From Thermoplasmata archaeon (GTDB lineage Archaea; Thermoplasmatota; Thermoplasmata; Lutacidiplasmatales; UBA184): a stretch of 64,000 nt of DNA. The notes beneath the pieces are model-generated. The model did not search any database, was not told the origin of the DNA, and saw nothing but the letters and a program-made list of their open reading frames with translations. This document shows, in pieces, positions 56,081 to 64,000 of the stretch. The translations under genes were made by a program, and so were the position numbers. The stretch is from positions 7,980 to 71,979 of the forward strand of contig JAKAYT010000003.1 in the NCBI GenBank assembly GCA_021826685.1. Reading direction: 5' to 3'. How positions within the stretch are numbered: position 1 is the stretch's first letter; every line of letters starts with the position of its first letter.

Positions 56081-57076
56081 GTGCCAACGAAGACCGTCTC
56101 CAAGACCGCCCCTCCCGGCGCTGCGCCGGCGGCCCCCGTGCCGTTCGATCTCGAGGACCTCGAAGGCGTGGGAACGACGACCGCGGACAAGCTCCGCGAG
56201 GCCGGTTACACGGACCTCATGGAGCTCGCAGTCGCGAGCCCGAGCGACATCGCGGAGGCCGCCGAGGTCGGTGTCGCACTCGCCCAGAAGATCGTCAACG
56301 AAGCCCGGCGTCGGGCCGACGTCGGAGGGTTCGAGAGCGGCACGACCGTCCTCGAGCGCCGGCAAAAGCTCGGGCGGATCACGACGCACTCGAAGGCGCT
56401 CGACGAGCTCCTCGGCGGCGGCGTGGAAACGCAGGCGATCACCGAGTTCAGCGGGGAGTTCGGCACGGGCAAGACCCAGCTCGGCCACCAGATCGCGGTC
56501 GATGTACAGCTTCCCCCGGCGCAGGGGGGGCTCGAAGGCGAGGTTGTCTACATCGATACGGAGAGCACGTTCCGGCCCGAACGCATCGTCGACATGAGCC
56601 GGGCGGCGGGAATCGACCCGAACGAAGCGCTCAACCGCATCCACGTCGCGCGCGCGTTCAACTCAAACCACCAGATGCTCCTCGTCCAGAAGGCGCAGGA
56701 GCTCGCGCGGGAGCGCCCGATCCGCCTGGTCGTCGTCGACTCGTTGACGGCGCACTTCCGGTCGGAGTACGTGGGCCGCGGCGAGCTCGCCCCGCGCCAG
56801 CAGATGCTCAACAAGCACCTCCACGAACTCCTTCGGTTCTCCGACACCTACAACGCATCCATCGTGGTCACGAACCAGGTCAGCTCCCGGCCGGACGTCC
56901 TCTTCGGCGACCCCACCCGCCCGATCGGCGGGAACATCGTCGCGCACGCGGCGACGTACCGGGTCTATCTGCGCAAGTCGAAGCCCCCGAAGCGGATCGC
57001 CCGGCTGATCGACTCGCCGAACCTCCCGGAAGGGGAGGCCGTGTTCTCGCTGACGGGCGAGGGAATCCGGGATTGA
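56081..57076 (+). CDS. radA: DNA repair and recombination protein RadA
   Basis: N-terminal HhH ([17 protein letters not shown]), Walker [25 protein letters not shown], Walker B LVVVDSL and VVTNQV. Confidence 0.95.
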   Translation: MPTKTVSKTAPPGAAPAAPVPFDLEDLEGVGTTTADKLREAGYTDLMELAVASPSDIAEAAEVGVALAQKIVNEARRRADVGGFESGTTVLERRQKLGRITTHSKALDELLGGGVETQAITEFSGEFGTGKTQLGHQIAVDVQLPPAQGGLEGEVVYIDTESTFRPERIVDMSRAAGIDPNEALNRIHVARAFNSNHQMLLVQKAQELARERPIRLVVVDSLTAHFRSEYVGRGELAPRQQMLNKHLHELLRFSDTYNASIVVTNQVSSRPDVLFGDPTRPIGGNIVAHAATYRVYLRKSKPPKRIARLIDSPNLPEGEAVFSLTGEGIRD

Positions 57077-57080
57077 CGGG

Positions 57081-57701
57081 CTACGGGGCGCGTCGGACGG
57101 CGACGGCCTTGAGGTACAGATAGACCCGGATCCCGGGCGCCAGTCTCAGGCGGTCGACCGAGGCGCCCGTGAGCGCTACACGCACCGGTCGCCCTCGCCA
57201 GCGAGCGGTCAGAGTGGCCCGGCCCGAGGGCCGGCGCACGAGGGCGACGATCTCGGCCGGAAGTACGTTCCGCGCGCTCGATTCGAAACGGCCCCGCGCC
57301 ACGAACACCATCTCCGGGTCGATCTCGACCCGGACCCGTTCCCGGTCCTTGGCACGGAACGCGACCTCGAGGTGCGCTCCTCGCCCGAGGTCGACGCTCG
57401 CGGGAGAGCCCACATGATAGGTCCCGGACCAATGCTGTCTCACCCTCCGGGAGGAGGGAGCCGCGGCGGTCCGGGCCAAGCGCAGTCCCAGCGGAGTGAG
57501 GCGCGTCGATCCTGCCTGCGGCCCGCCCCGCTCTCCCCGCGCCACCGGAGCTCCGTAGAGTCGGCGCAGGCGCTGGAGGCGGTACACGGCCCGGTCCCGC
57601 CCGATGCCGACCCGGCGGGCCGCCCTCACGAGGTTCGGTACGCGTCGGAGCGCCGCCAGCAGCCGTCGGTCCGTAGGCGTCAGCCACCGTTCCGCGCTCA
57701 T
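57081..57701 (-). CDS. ModE-like regulator (N-terminal HTH plus C-terminal TOBE/Mop domain)
   Basis: RRLLAALRRVPNLVRAARRVGIGRDRAVYRLQRL is an HTH motif. The TOBE-like C-terminus reads SARNVLPAEIVALVRRPSGRATLTARWRG.PVRVALTGASVDRLRL. The ATG overlaps the ATPase TGA (ATGA). Confidence 0.7.
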   Translation of the reverse strand: MSAERWLTPTDRRLLAALRRVPNLVRAARRVGIGRDRAVYRLQRLRRLYGAPVARGERGGPQAGSTRLTPLGLRLARTAAAPSSRRVRQHWSGTYHVGSPASVDLGRGAHLEVAFRAKDRERVRVEIDPEMVFVARGRFESSARNVLPAEIVALVRRPSGRATLTARWRGRPVRVALTGASVDRLRLAPGIRVYLYLKAVAVRRAP

Positions 57702-58738
57702 CCGGCCGGACCGCTCGAGCCCTCGAGCGGCTTCACCTTGCCAAGGTCGATCCCTACTCCAACCACGGCACCGGGTCGGACCGAAGGAGCGTCGTGGGCG
57801 CCGAGCACGTGGAGTCGGAGCGACCCCAGTTCGAGGTCGATCGACCAGGCTGCCGAGCTCCATCGAACGGACCGCACGCGGGCCGAGGTGTCGCCCACCC
57901 ATCGTTCTACGCTCCAACGGAGCGCTTCCGTCGGGACCACCAGGCCTCCCGGACCTGCGGCGCGTGCGAGGGCGGCGCCGAGCGGAAGGTCCGACACGGC
58001 CGCCAGCTCGTGGGGGGCGTAGAGGTTCTCGTACCCGAGGAAGCGCGCGGTGAATCGGTTGAGGGGACCCCGCGCCAGTTCCTCGGGCCGACCCTGGAAG
58101 CGGACCCGCCCCTCGTCCAGGACGACGAGCCGGGAGCCGAGGGAGAGCGCGGTCGTCGGGTCGTGAGTGACGAGCAGGAGCGGGAGCCCCTCGCGCTCGA
58201 TAAGCTCGCGGACGAGGCGGAGGAGCACGTCCCGGCTCTCGACATCCAACGCGCTCAGCGGCTCGTCCCAGAGGAGAAACCGGGGATGCGCGGCGAGCGC
58301 GCGGGCCATCGCGACGCGCTGCTGCTGCCCGGAGCTGAGTTCGTGAGGATAGCGGTGCGCGAGCGGAACGAGATCGAACCGTTCCATCCACCGGCGCGCT
58401 TGGGCGGACGCATCGCTCGCGCCCGCGATCTCGAGCGGGTAGCTCACGTTCCGCGCGACCCGGCGGTGCGGGAAGAGGCCCAGGCTCGGCGGCACGAACC
58501 CGAACCCACGACGCTCGGGGGGCTCGCGGTCCACCGGGACCCCGTCCACCTCGACGGAACCCTCGCGCAGACCGAGGAATCCGGCGATCGCCCGTAAGAG
58601 GGTGGTCTTGCCGGCCCCGGAAGGCCCGAGGAGGATCGCGGCGGTCCCTCCCTCGATCGCGAGGTCAATCGGCCCGAGCCGGAACCCGCCGCGCTCGACC
58701 TCGAGGTTCCGGACGGTGACCCCCGTCACGATAGCCAT
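57698..58738 (-). CDS. ABC transporter ATP-binding protein (molybdate/tungstate/sulfate type with C-terminal TOBE-like domain)
   Basis: Walker A GPSGAGKTT, signature LSSGQQQRV, Walker B LLWDEPLSALD, and H-loop VTHD. Confidence 0.9.
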   Translation of the reverse strand: MAIVTGVTVRNLEVERGGFRLGPIDLAIEGGTAAILLGPSGAGKTTLLRAIAGFLGLREGSVEVDGVPVDREPPERRGFGFVPPSLGLFPHRRVARNVSYPLEIAGASDASAQARRWMERFDLVPLAHRYPHELSSGQQQRVAMARALAAHPRFLLWDEPLSALDVESRDVLLRLVRELIEREGLPLLLVTHDPTTALSLGSRLVVLDEGRVRFQGRPEELARGPLNRFTARFLGYENLYAPHELAAVSDLPLGAALARAAGPGGLVVPTEALRWSVERWVGDTSARVRSVRWSSAAWSIDLELGSLRLHVLGAHDAPSVRPGAVVGVGIDLGKVKPLEGSSGPAG

Positions 58739-59577
58739 CCCCCCCGGGGCGTGTAGAGCCCCGCCCGGTCGACGAGGCGCACGGCGAGGAAGATCGCGAG
58801 CGCGACCAGGACGAGGACGCAACTCGCCGCGGCGGCGGCCTCGAGGCCCCCCGAACTCTGATACAGATCGTAAATGTACACGGACGCCGGAGCGGTCGGC
58901 GGACCGAACCAGGGGGGGCTCGGCTCGATCGCGTACGCGAGGATCAGAAAGCCTCCGATTTCGCTGACCCCCCGAGCCCACATCAACAAGGCTCCGGTCG
59001 CGATCCCGCGCGCCGACTGTGGCAAGGTGACGGTGGCGAACGCCTCCCCTGGGCTCGCGCCCAGCGAGCGGGCCGTGTCGACCACCTCGGGATCGACCGC
59101 CCGAAAGGCGAGCTGGCTCGCCAGGACCACGTAGGAGGCGCCGACGTAGAGCATTACGAGGACCACCCCCCAGATGGCGTCGAAGACCGGGAGACCGAGT
59201 CCCGCCATGAACCGGCCCACCGGGCCGTCCGGAGCGAAGAGAAGGAGCAGCGCGATTCCGACAACCAGGTGAGGGATCACGACGGGGAGGAGCACCGCCG
59301 ACTCGACGAAGCTTCGACCCCGGAACCGGTAGCGGGCGAGCACGTAGCCGAGAGGCACGCCGGTCAGAAGGCCGAGGCCGACGGCGATCCCCGAGGCGAG
59401 GAGGGTGAACCGGATCGAAGTGAGGAACCCGTCGTTCGTCGCCTCTTGGACGAACCCGCTCCAGCCGACGTAGAGGAAGAGGACGACCAGCGGGAGGACG
59501 AAGAGGAGGATCAACGACGCCGATAGGACCGCGCCGACGAAGGAACCTACGGACCCTCGAGCGCTTGGAGCGACCAC
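58726..59577 (-). CDS. ABC transporter permease (ModB/WtpB/CysT-like)
   Basis: Six hydrophobic segments and an EAA-like loop (VVDTARSLGASPGEAFATVTLP). Confidence 0.85.
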   Translation of the reverse strand: MVAPSARGSVGSFVGAVLSASLILLFVLPLVVLFLYVGWSGFVQEATNDGFLTSIRFTLLASGIAVGLGLLTGVPLGYVLARYRFRGRSFVESAVLLPVVIPHLVVGIALLLLFAPDGPVGRFMAGLGLPVFDAIWGVVLVMLYVGASYVVLASQLAFRAVDPEVVDTARSLGASPGEAFATVTLPQSARGIATGALLMWARGVSEIGGFLILAYAIEPSPPWFGPPTAPASVYIYDLYQSSGGLEAAAAASCVLVLVALAIFLAVRLVDRAGLYTPRGGWLS

Positions 59578-59599
59578 GTTCTACCGTTCCGGGGGATCC

Positions 59600-60661
59600 T
59601 CAGGTCGCGATCAGCGCCGTCAGGTAGGAGGGCAGCGCGGGAAGGCCGGGGGCGAGGTAGCCGACCGAGCCGTAGACCCAGACCGACGGTGTCGGGACGA
59701 GACCTTCCGAGGCCCAGACCCGTAGGGTCGAGTTCGACACCAGCCACGCCGCGAAGCTGTCGCCCAGGGCGGGGTCCGGTGCGTTGGAGGGGACGGCGAG
59801 CGCGAAGATCGCGGGAGCGCCGGCGACGACCTCGGTCGAGGTACCGGAGAGGACGGTCGTGCGGGCGCTCCCGTACGCCGCGACGTCGCTCGCGGTAGTC
59901 CCTCCTAGATTGACGGATTCGTTCAGGGTGGTGTAGGTCAGGCCTTCCGCTCTCGCGTACGATTCGTAGATGAGATAGGCCTGGACCTCGCCGATCGAGA
60001 GCGCAACGCTCGCATCGTTTTCCACCACGTAGCGGGTGTTCGCCGTCGGCCCGGCGAACCCCCCCATCGATCCCGTGAAGAAGTGGTGGTAGAGCGACCC
60101 GTCCAGGCCCGCGAGGCGGTCCTGGAGCTCGATCGTGATGATCGCGTTGACGCCCAGGGGATCGGAGCTCGCGTTGGCGACCCCGAGGACGATCCCGTTG
60201 CCGACGATCTTCTCGTACCAGTTCGACGAGGTAACGCCCGAGAGAGCGCTGGGGTTGTAAGCTAGGACCACGGGGTCGCTCGCAAAGACCGCCTCCCCCG
60301 TTGCGTATGGTGGGACGTTGGCCATGAGCGCCTCGGGGATCACGCGATAATCGGCGGAGACGAAAACGTCGTACGGCGAGGCCAAGCCGGCGGATACGAT
60401 CGCCGTCGCGTCCGCATTGCTGCCTTGGTAGAGCTGCGCGGTCCGCGGTGAGGCGATCCCGGGGGTCTGGTTCACGAACGCGGAGACCAGCGACGGCAGG
60501 AGCGGCGTGGGGCTAAGGCTGCCGGCCGCGATGACACCGAGCGTCCGGATCGACCCATTCGCGCTCGAGGCCGGGTGCGCGTACCACCCTCCCGCGAACC
60601 CCGCCCCGATCGCGACCGCGGCGAGGACAACGATGACCGCGTTGCGGAGGACCGGCCGCAT
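59600..60661 (-). CDS. Periplasmic-type substrate-binding protein, molybdate/tungstate (ModA/WtpA-like)
   Basis: Signal/anchor MRPVLRNAVIVVLAAVAIGAGFAGG. LGVIAAGSL and DVFVSADY match anion-binding PBP blocks. First gene of the ABC operon. The track start is at 60691. Confidence 0.75.
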   Translation of the reverse strand: MRPVLRNAVIVVLAAVAIGAGFAGGWYAHPASSANGSIRTLGVIAAGSLSPTPLLPSLVSAFVNQTPGIASPRTAQLYQGSNADATAIVSAGLASPYDVFVSADYRVIPEALMANVPPYATGEAVFASDPVVLAYNPSALSGVTSSNWYEKIVGNGIVLGVANASSDPLGVNAIITIELQDRLAGLDGSLYHHFFTGSMGGFAGPTANTRYVVENDASVALSIGEVQAYLIYESYARAEGLTYTTLNESVNLGGTTASDVAAYGSARTTVLSGTSTEVVAGAPAIFALAVPSNAPDPALGDSFAAWLVSNSTLRVWASEGLVPTPSVWVYGSVGYLAPGLPALPSYLTALIAT

Positions 60662-60709
60662 GGATGTGGGACAATCCCACATCCATTTCAAGCCTTTCCG
60701 CCGCCCCGC

Positions 60710-62239
60710 TTACGATCGAGGCGCCCGCTCGAAGGGGACCTCGCCCAAGAGCGTCCCGGTGCCGATGGCATCGGCGATGAGTTCGATCTCGCCCGACGGG
60801 CTGTGATCCTTGGTCCACGGGCCGACCCGAAACCGAAGCGCCGCGAGCGCGGCCTCGCTTCCCCGGCCCCCCCGTCGAGGTCGGCGGAGCTCTAGCGCTT
60901 GCCCCGCGACGATCCACTCGATGGCCACGATCCGCCGGGCGTTGCCTAGGATGCGATGCAGCTTCGCGCCGGCCCACGCTCCCATGCTGACGAAATCCTC
61001 CTGGTCCGCGGACGTGGGAATGCTCTGCGCGCTCGCGGGATGGGCGAGCGTCGCGTTCTCGTTGACGAGCGCCGCGGCGACGGTCTGCGGGATCATGAAG
61101 CCGGATTGGAGCCCTCCGGCGGGCGCGAGGAACGCCGGAAGTCCCCGGTTGAGCGCGGGGTGGACGAGCCGGGAGATCCTCCGCTCCGAGAAGGCGCCGA
61201 GGGTGTGGATCGCGAGCGCGAGCGAATCCATTGCCCAGGCGAGAGACTGGCCATGGAAGTTCCCACCGTTGACGAACTCCCCTTGGAGGAGGAGGGGGTT
61301 GTCGGTCGTTGCGTTGAGTTCCCCGTCCAGGACCGCGCGGGCCGCCCGGAGGGCGTGGCCCACCGTGGCCAACACCTGCGGAATGCAACGGAGCGTGTAG
61401 GGGTCCTGGCCGATCCACTCGGCGCGCCGGATCGCGAGCTCGCTATCGGCGAGGAGCGAACGCATCGAGCGGGAGATCGCCCGCTCCTCGGGAGCGTTCC
61501 GAGCCTCTCCGAGGCGATCGTCGAAGCACTCCGGCGAGCCTTGAAGGGCATCGAAGGTGATTCCGGCGGCAATCATGCTCGCCTCCAGAAGAGCCCGGGA
61601 CTGGTCGACTCCGAGCGCGAGGTAGCTCGTCATCAGCGCCGTTCCGTTGACGAGACCGAGCCCTTCCTTCTCCCGAAGCTCGAGTGGGGGGATGCCGGCC
61701 CGATTCAGGACCGCCATCGCGGGCTCGATCCGACCGTCCGGGCCCACGAACTCCCCTTCGCCGGTGAGCGCGAGCGCCAGGTGGGCGAGGGGGGCCAAGT
61801 CCCCGGACGCGCCGACCGAGCCGCGTTCGGGCACTCGAGGAGTGAGGTGGTCGTTCAGCAGGTCCAGCAGGCGCTCGATTACTTCGGGTCGAACCCCCGA
61901 CTGACCGCGGGCGAGCGAGTTCGCTCGCAGGAGGATCATGCCCCGGACCACGTCCTCGCCTAGGGCGGGGCCCACCCCGCTCGCGTGGCTCGCGATGAGC
62001 CCGTGCTGGAGCTCTCGGGCGCGAGACGGGTCGATCCGTTGGTTTGAGAGCGCCCCGAAACCGGTCGTCACGCCGTACACGGGCGCTCCACGGGCGACGA
62101 TTCCCTCCACATCGCGGCGAGAGGCCTCGACACGCGAGCGAGCCTCGGGCGGGAGCTGGACGCGGGCACCGCCCCGGACGACGGCGAGGAACCCCTCGAG
62201 ATCGAGGGATTGGCCGTCCACCGGTACCGTGCGAACCAT
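60710..62239 (-). CDS. hutH: Histidine ammonia-lyase (MIO enzyme)
   Basis: YGVTTGFGAL, MIO-forming GSVGASGDLAPL, NGTALM, QDPYTLRC, TDNPL and SADQEDFVSMG. The selectivity position reads LIASHASGVG (Ser-His, as in HAL rather than PAL/TAL). Confidence 0.9.
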   Translation of the reverse strand: MVRTVPVDGQSLDLEGFLAVVRGGARVQLPPEARSRVEASRRDVEGIVARGAPVYGVTTGFGALSNQRIDPSRARELQHGLIASHASGVGPALGEDVVRGMILLRANSLARGQSGVRPEVIERLLDLLNDHLTPRVPERGSVGASGDLAPLAHLALALTGEGEFVGPDGRIEPAMAVLNRAGIPPLELREKEGLGLVNGTALMTSYLALGVDQSRALLEASMIAAGITFDALQGSPECFDDRLGEARNAPEERAISRSMRSLLADSELAIRRAEWIGQDPYTLRCIPQVLATVGHALRAARAVLDGELNATTDNPLLLQGEFVNGGNFHGQSLAWAMDSLALAIHTLGAFSERRISRLVHPALNRGLPAFLAPAGGLQSGFMIPQTVAAALVNENATLAHPASAQSIPTSADQEDFVSMGAWAGAKLHRILGNARRIVAIEWIVAGQALELRRPRRGGRGSEAALAALRFRVGPWTKDHSPSGEIELIADAIGTGTLLGEVPFERAPRS

Positions 62240-62294
62240 GCGGCGCGCTCGGTTCCCTCGGCGACCGTCCGAGCCTAGGGAAGGGGAGGGCCGT

Positions 62295-62825
62295 CTAGGC
62301 CGCCGGGACGACGAGATCTCCGCCCGACTTCTGGTGGGAGGGGATCTTGCGAGTAGCGACGTTCTTTGTCTTCCAGAAGATCTCGGCGAACTCTTGGACC
62401 TCGTTGAGCAGTTCCTGGGCGTCGGCCAGAGCGATTCCTTGGCGCGCTTTCGAAGCCTGCTTGAAGATCTTGAAGACGAGGTCGCTGGTCTGGGGGAAGG
62501 CCTTGAGGTGGTCGGCGGTGAAGTAGTCGCCAAAGATGACCCGGATCTCGTGCTTCGCCTTCTCGGCGTGGAGTTCCTTGACCGCGGTGAAGCGCGCAAT
62601 CTTTTCGTTGTAGAGCTGGATCTCTTCGGGCTTCGCGCCCGGGGCCGGCGGGGTGGTCTCCGCAATCATCTGATCCATCCGGATCACGGTCAGTGCGGCG
62701 ATCTGCGCCTCATGGGGGTCGTAGATACCGCAGGGGATGTCGCAGTGGGCGTAGACGGTCTCGGGTCGTCCGGCCAAGGCACGGACGATATTGGTCGCTC
62801 GATCATACCACCGAAGGGCGGACAT
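62295..62825 (-). CDS. sodN: Nickel-containing superoxide dismutase precursor
   Basis: The nickel-hook HCDIPCGIYDP follows a ~26-aa leader (MSALRWYDRATNIVRALAGRPETVYA); compare Streptomyces HCDLPCGVYDP. A four-helix-bundle-length body follows. Confidence 0.85.
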   Translation of the reverse strand: MSALRWYDRATNIVRALAGRPETVYAHCDIPCGIYDPHEAQIAALTVIRMDQMIAETTPPAPGAKPEEIQLYNEKIARFTAVKELHAEKAKHEIRVIFGDYFTADHLKAFPQTSDLVFKIFKQASKARQGIALADAQELLNEVQEFAEIFWKTKNVATRKIPSHQKSGGDLVVPAA

Positions 62826-62866
62826 GGCTTGGGCATCTCGGAAGGAGCCATAAGGTGAGCAGGTCG

Positions 62867-63262
62867 ATGCCGATCGCATTCAAGGGAGCTACGACCCCGC
62901 CCCCCCTCGGGCGCCGCCTACGTAGCCTGATCTTTGACGTCGTGGACGAGAGCATGAGGCCCCTGCTGAAGGCAGGGGACCGCATTCTGGTGGACACCGC
63001 GGCCTATCGCCACCGCGTGCCCGAGGTGGGGGACATCGTCGTCTTCCGAGATCCTCAGGAGCCGCGCCGTCGCTTGGTCAAACGGGTCGCGGCACCGGTG
63101 GATCCGACCCGCGGAGGGGGCGTATCCGTCCTTGGCACCGATCCCGAACACAGCCGGGACAGCCGGAGTTTTGGGCCGGTTCCACCCCGGCTCATTCTCG
63201 GAAAGGCATGGTACCGAACGGGTCCTGCGGGGCGCGAAGGATCGCTTGAGCAGGTGAGGTAG
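62867..63262 (+). CDS. sodX: S26-family signal-peptidase-like NiSOD maturation protease
   Basis: DESMRPLLKAGDRILVD holds the nucleophilic Ser. VVFRDP and LVKRV (general-base Lys) also fit. Divergent from sodN. Confidence 0.7.
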   Translation: MPIAFKGATTPPPLGRRLRSLIFDVVDESMRPLLKAGDRILVDTAAYRHRVPEVGDIVVFRDPQEPRRRLVKRVAAPVDPTRGGGVSVLGTDPEHSRDSRSFGPVPPRLILGKAWYRTGPAGREGSLEQVR

Positions 63263-63430
63263 CCCTTGAGACGCCCGCCTCTACGAGAGGGAAGGCACCG
63301 GCGGACGTCTCCGGGTCTCTTGGACGGTGCCACCAAGAGACGCCGCGCCGATGCCCGAGGCCATTCTACACAATTCCCCGACCTCCTATATAGTTATCCC
63401 GCCCCTGGGAATGTGCGTTCCGGCCGTTTT

Positions 63431-63913
63431 CTAGCTCGCTTTTCGATGCGGGTGGCGATGTCCGGTGCTTCCACCGACGATCGAAGGGCTCGTGATCGAG
63501 TAGTCTCCAAAGGCGATACCGCGGATACCACGTAGGTCCTCGGCGGCCCGCGCCAATTCCCGACGGCTACCGGCCATGCCTAGGACCTCCATGCACGAGT
63601 CGCCGTGAAGGTGAACGTGCCCGGAGAACCGGATGTGGTCGCCCCAACGGTGCTCTTCCGCGACGAGGCGGCGCAGGACGCTGGGCGCATCGTGACGATA
63701 CAGTAGGGTCACCGTGGCGACCGAATCCGCCTCCGGGTTCCCCAGCGCCTGCTCCGAGAGCTCCTTCCGTATCAAGGTGCGAATAGCATCGGAACGGCTC
63801 GGAGAGTTCCGTTCGCGCACCCAAGAATCCAAGAGGCGCAGCAGTCCGGGCTCGAGCGATACGCCGATGCGCGCGACATATTCCTTTCGCTTGCTGCGGT
63901 TGGTTCCTCGCAT
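63431..63913 (-). CDS. nikR: Nickel-responsive regulator NikR
   Basis: The ribbon-helix-helix reads RIGVSLEPGLLRLLDSWVRERNSPSRSDAIRTLIRKEL. The nickel-site block HVHLHGDSCMEV matches E. coli HVHLDHDNCLEV. Confidence 0.85.
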   Translation of the reverse strand: MRGTNRSKRKEYVARIGVSLEPGLLRLLDSWVRERNSPSRSDAIRTLIRKELSEQALGNPEADSVATVTLLYRHDAPSVLRRLVAEEHRWGDHIRFSGHVHLHGDSCMEVLGMAGSRRELARAAEDLRGIRGIAFGDYSITSPSIVGGSTGHRHPHRKAS

Positions 63914-64000
63914 GGTAGTTCCCCCTCCAAGACCGGTAGGCCCTTCACGTTACGCCGCACGCGGGGGTCGTTCCATGGCGCGGGGCCACCGCTTCGGTGC

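Noticed and set aside
57702-58391. N-terminal 230 codons of the 436-aa track ORF containing the ModE-like gene. Similar upstream extensions occur on the ABC ATPase (58739-58981), hutH (62240-62665), ADH (26904-27788), metE (51681-52490) and ndk (47968-48612) ORFs
   Set aside because: These extensions overlap the upstream gene in another frame and are Arg/Pro-rich. Internal starts that coincide with 4-nt overlaps, or with homology-consistent N-termini, were preferred.
63380-63400. TATA-like CCTATATAGTTATC in the convergent sodX/nikR intergenic region
   Set aside because: Both neighbouring genes end here, so there is no downstream gene or evident RNA for it to serve. It is noted only as an isolated AT-rich box.
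1-64000. Search for CRISPR arrays, tandem or interspersed nucleotide repeats, transposases, integrases and rRNA genes
   Set aside because: Reading through both strands, I saw no regularly spaced direct repeats, no IS-like inverted repeats and no recombinase-like ORFs. This was a visual scan only, so short or degenerate repeats could have been missed.

Overview
GC-rich archaeal chromosomal segment. Archaeal markers are RadA, the L7Ae-S28e-L24e cluster, archaeal-type TyrRS, type-2 methionine aminopeptidase, an SRP RNA with helix 6, and TATA-like boxes about 26-30 nt upstream of start codons. I support about 70 protein genes, one tRNA-Leu(CAG), an SRP (7S) RNA and a candidate RNase P RNA. The proteins are mostly housekeeping, central metabolism, stress and repair: glnA/lrp, glyA, split metE, purC, ndk, malic enzyme, aldolases, dehydrogenases, Dps, Hsp20, AlkA and a molybdate/tungstate ABC operon. 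I saw no rRNA, CRISPR array, transposase, integrase or obvious prophage. Many long ORFs in the six-frame track are Arg/Gly/Pro-rich shadow frames of real genes, caused by high GC, and are rejected. No clearly novel multi-gene system stands out. The items most worth follow-up: (1) a stand-alone Cas4-like nuclease split into two coupled ORFs, each with a transmembrane segment, inserted in the ribosomal-protein/ndk cluster; (2) a nickel superoxide dismutase module (sodN, sodX, nikR) in an archaeal context; (3) a 0.93-kb ORF-free gap holding an RNase P-like RNA with an atypical CR-I plus unexplained structured sequence; (4) several degenerate or truncated domain proteins: Fur without a DNA-binding domain, a glycerate-kinase fold with eroded motifs, and a SWIM protein with an RNase H-like N-terminus. 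All family calls come from motif recognition by eye. No searches were run.
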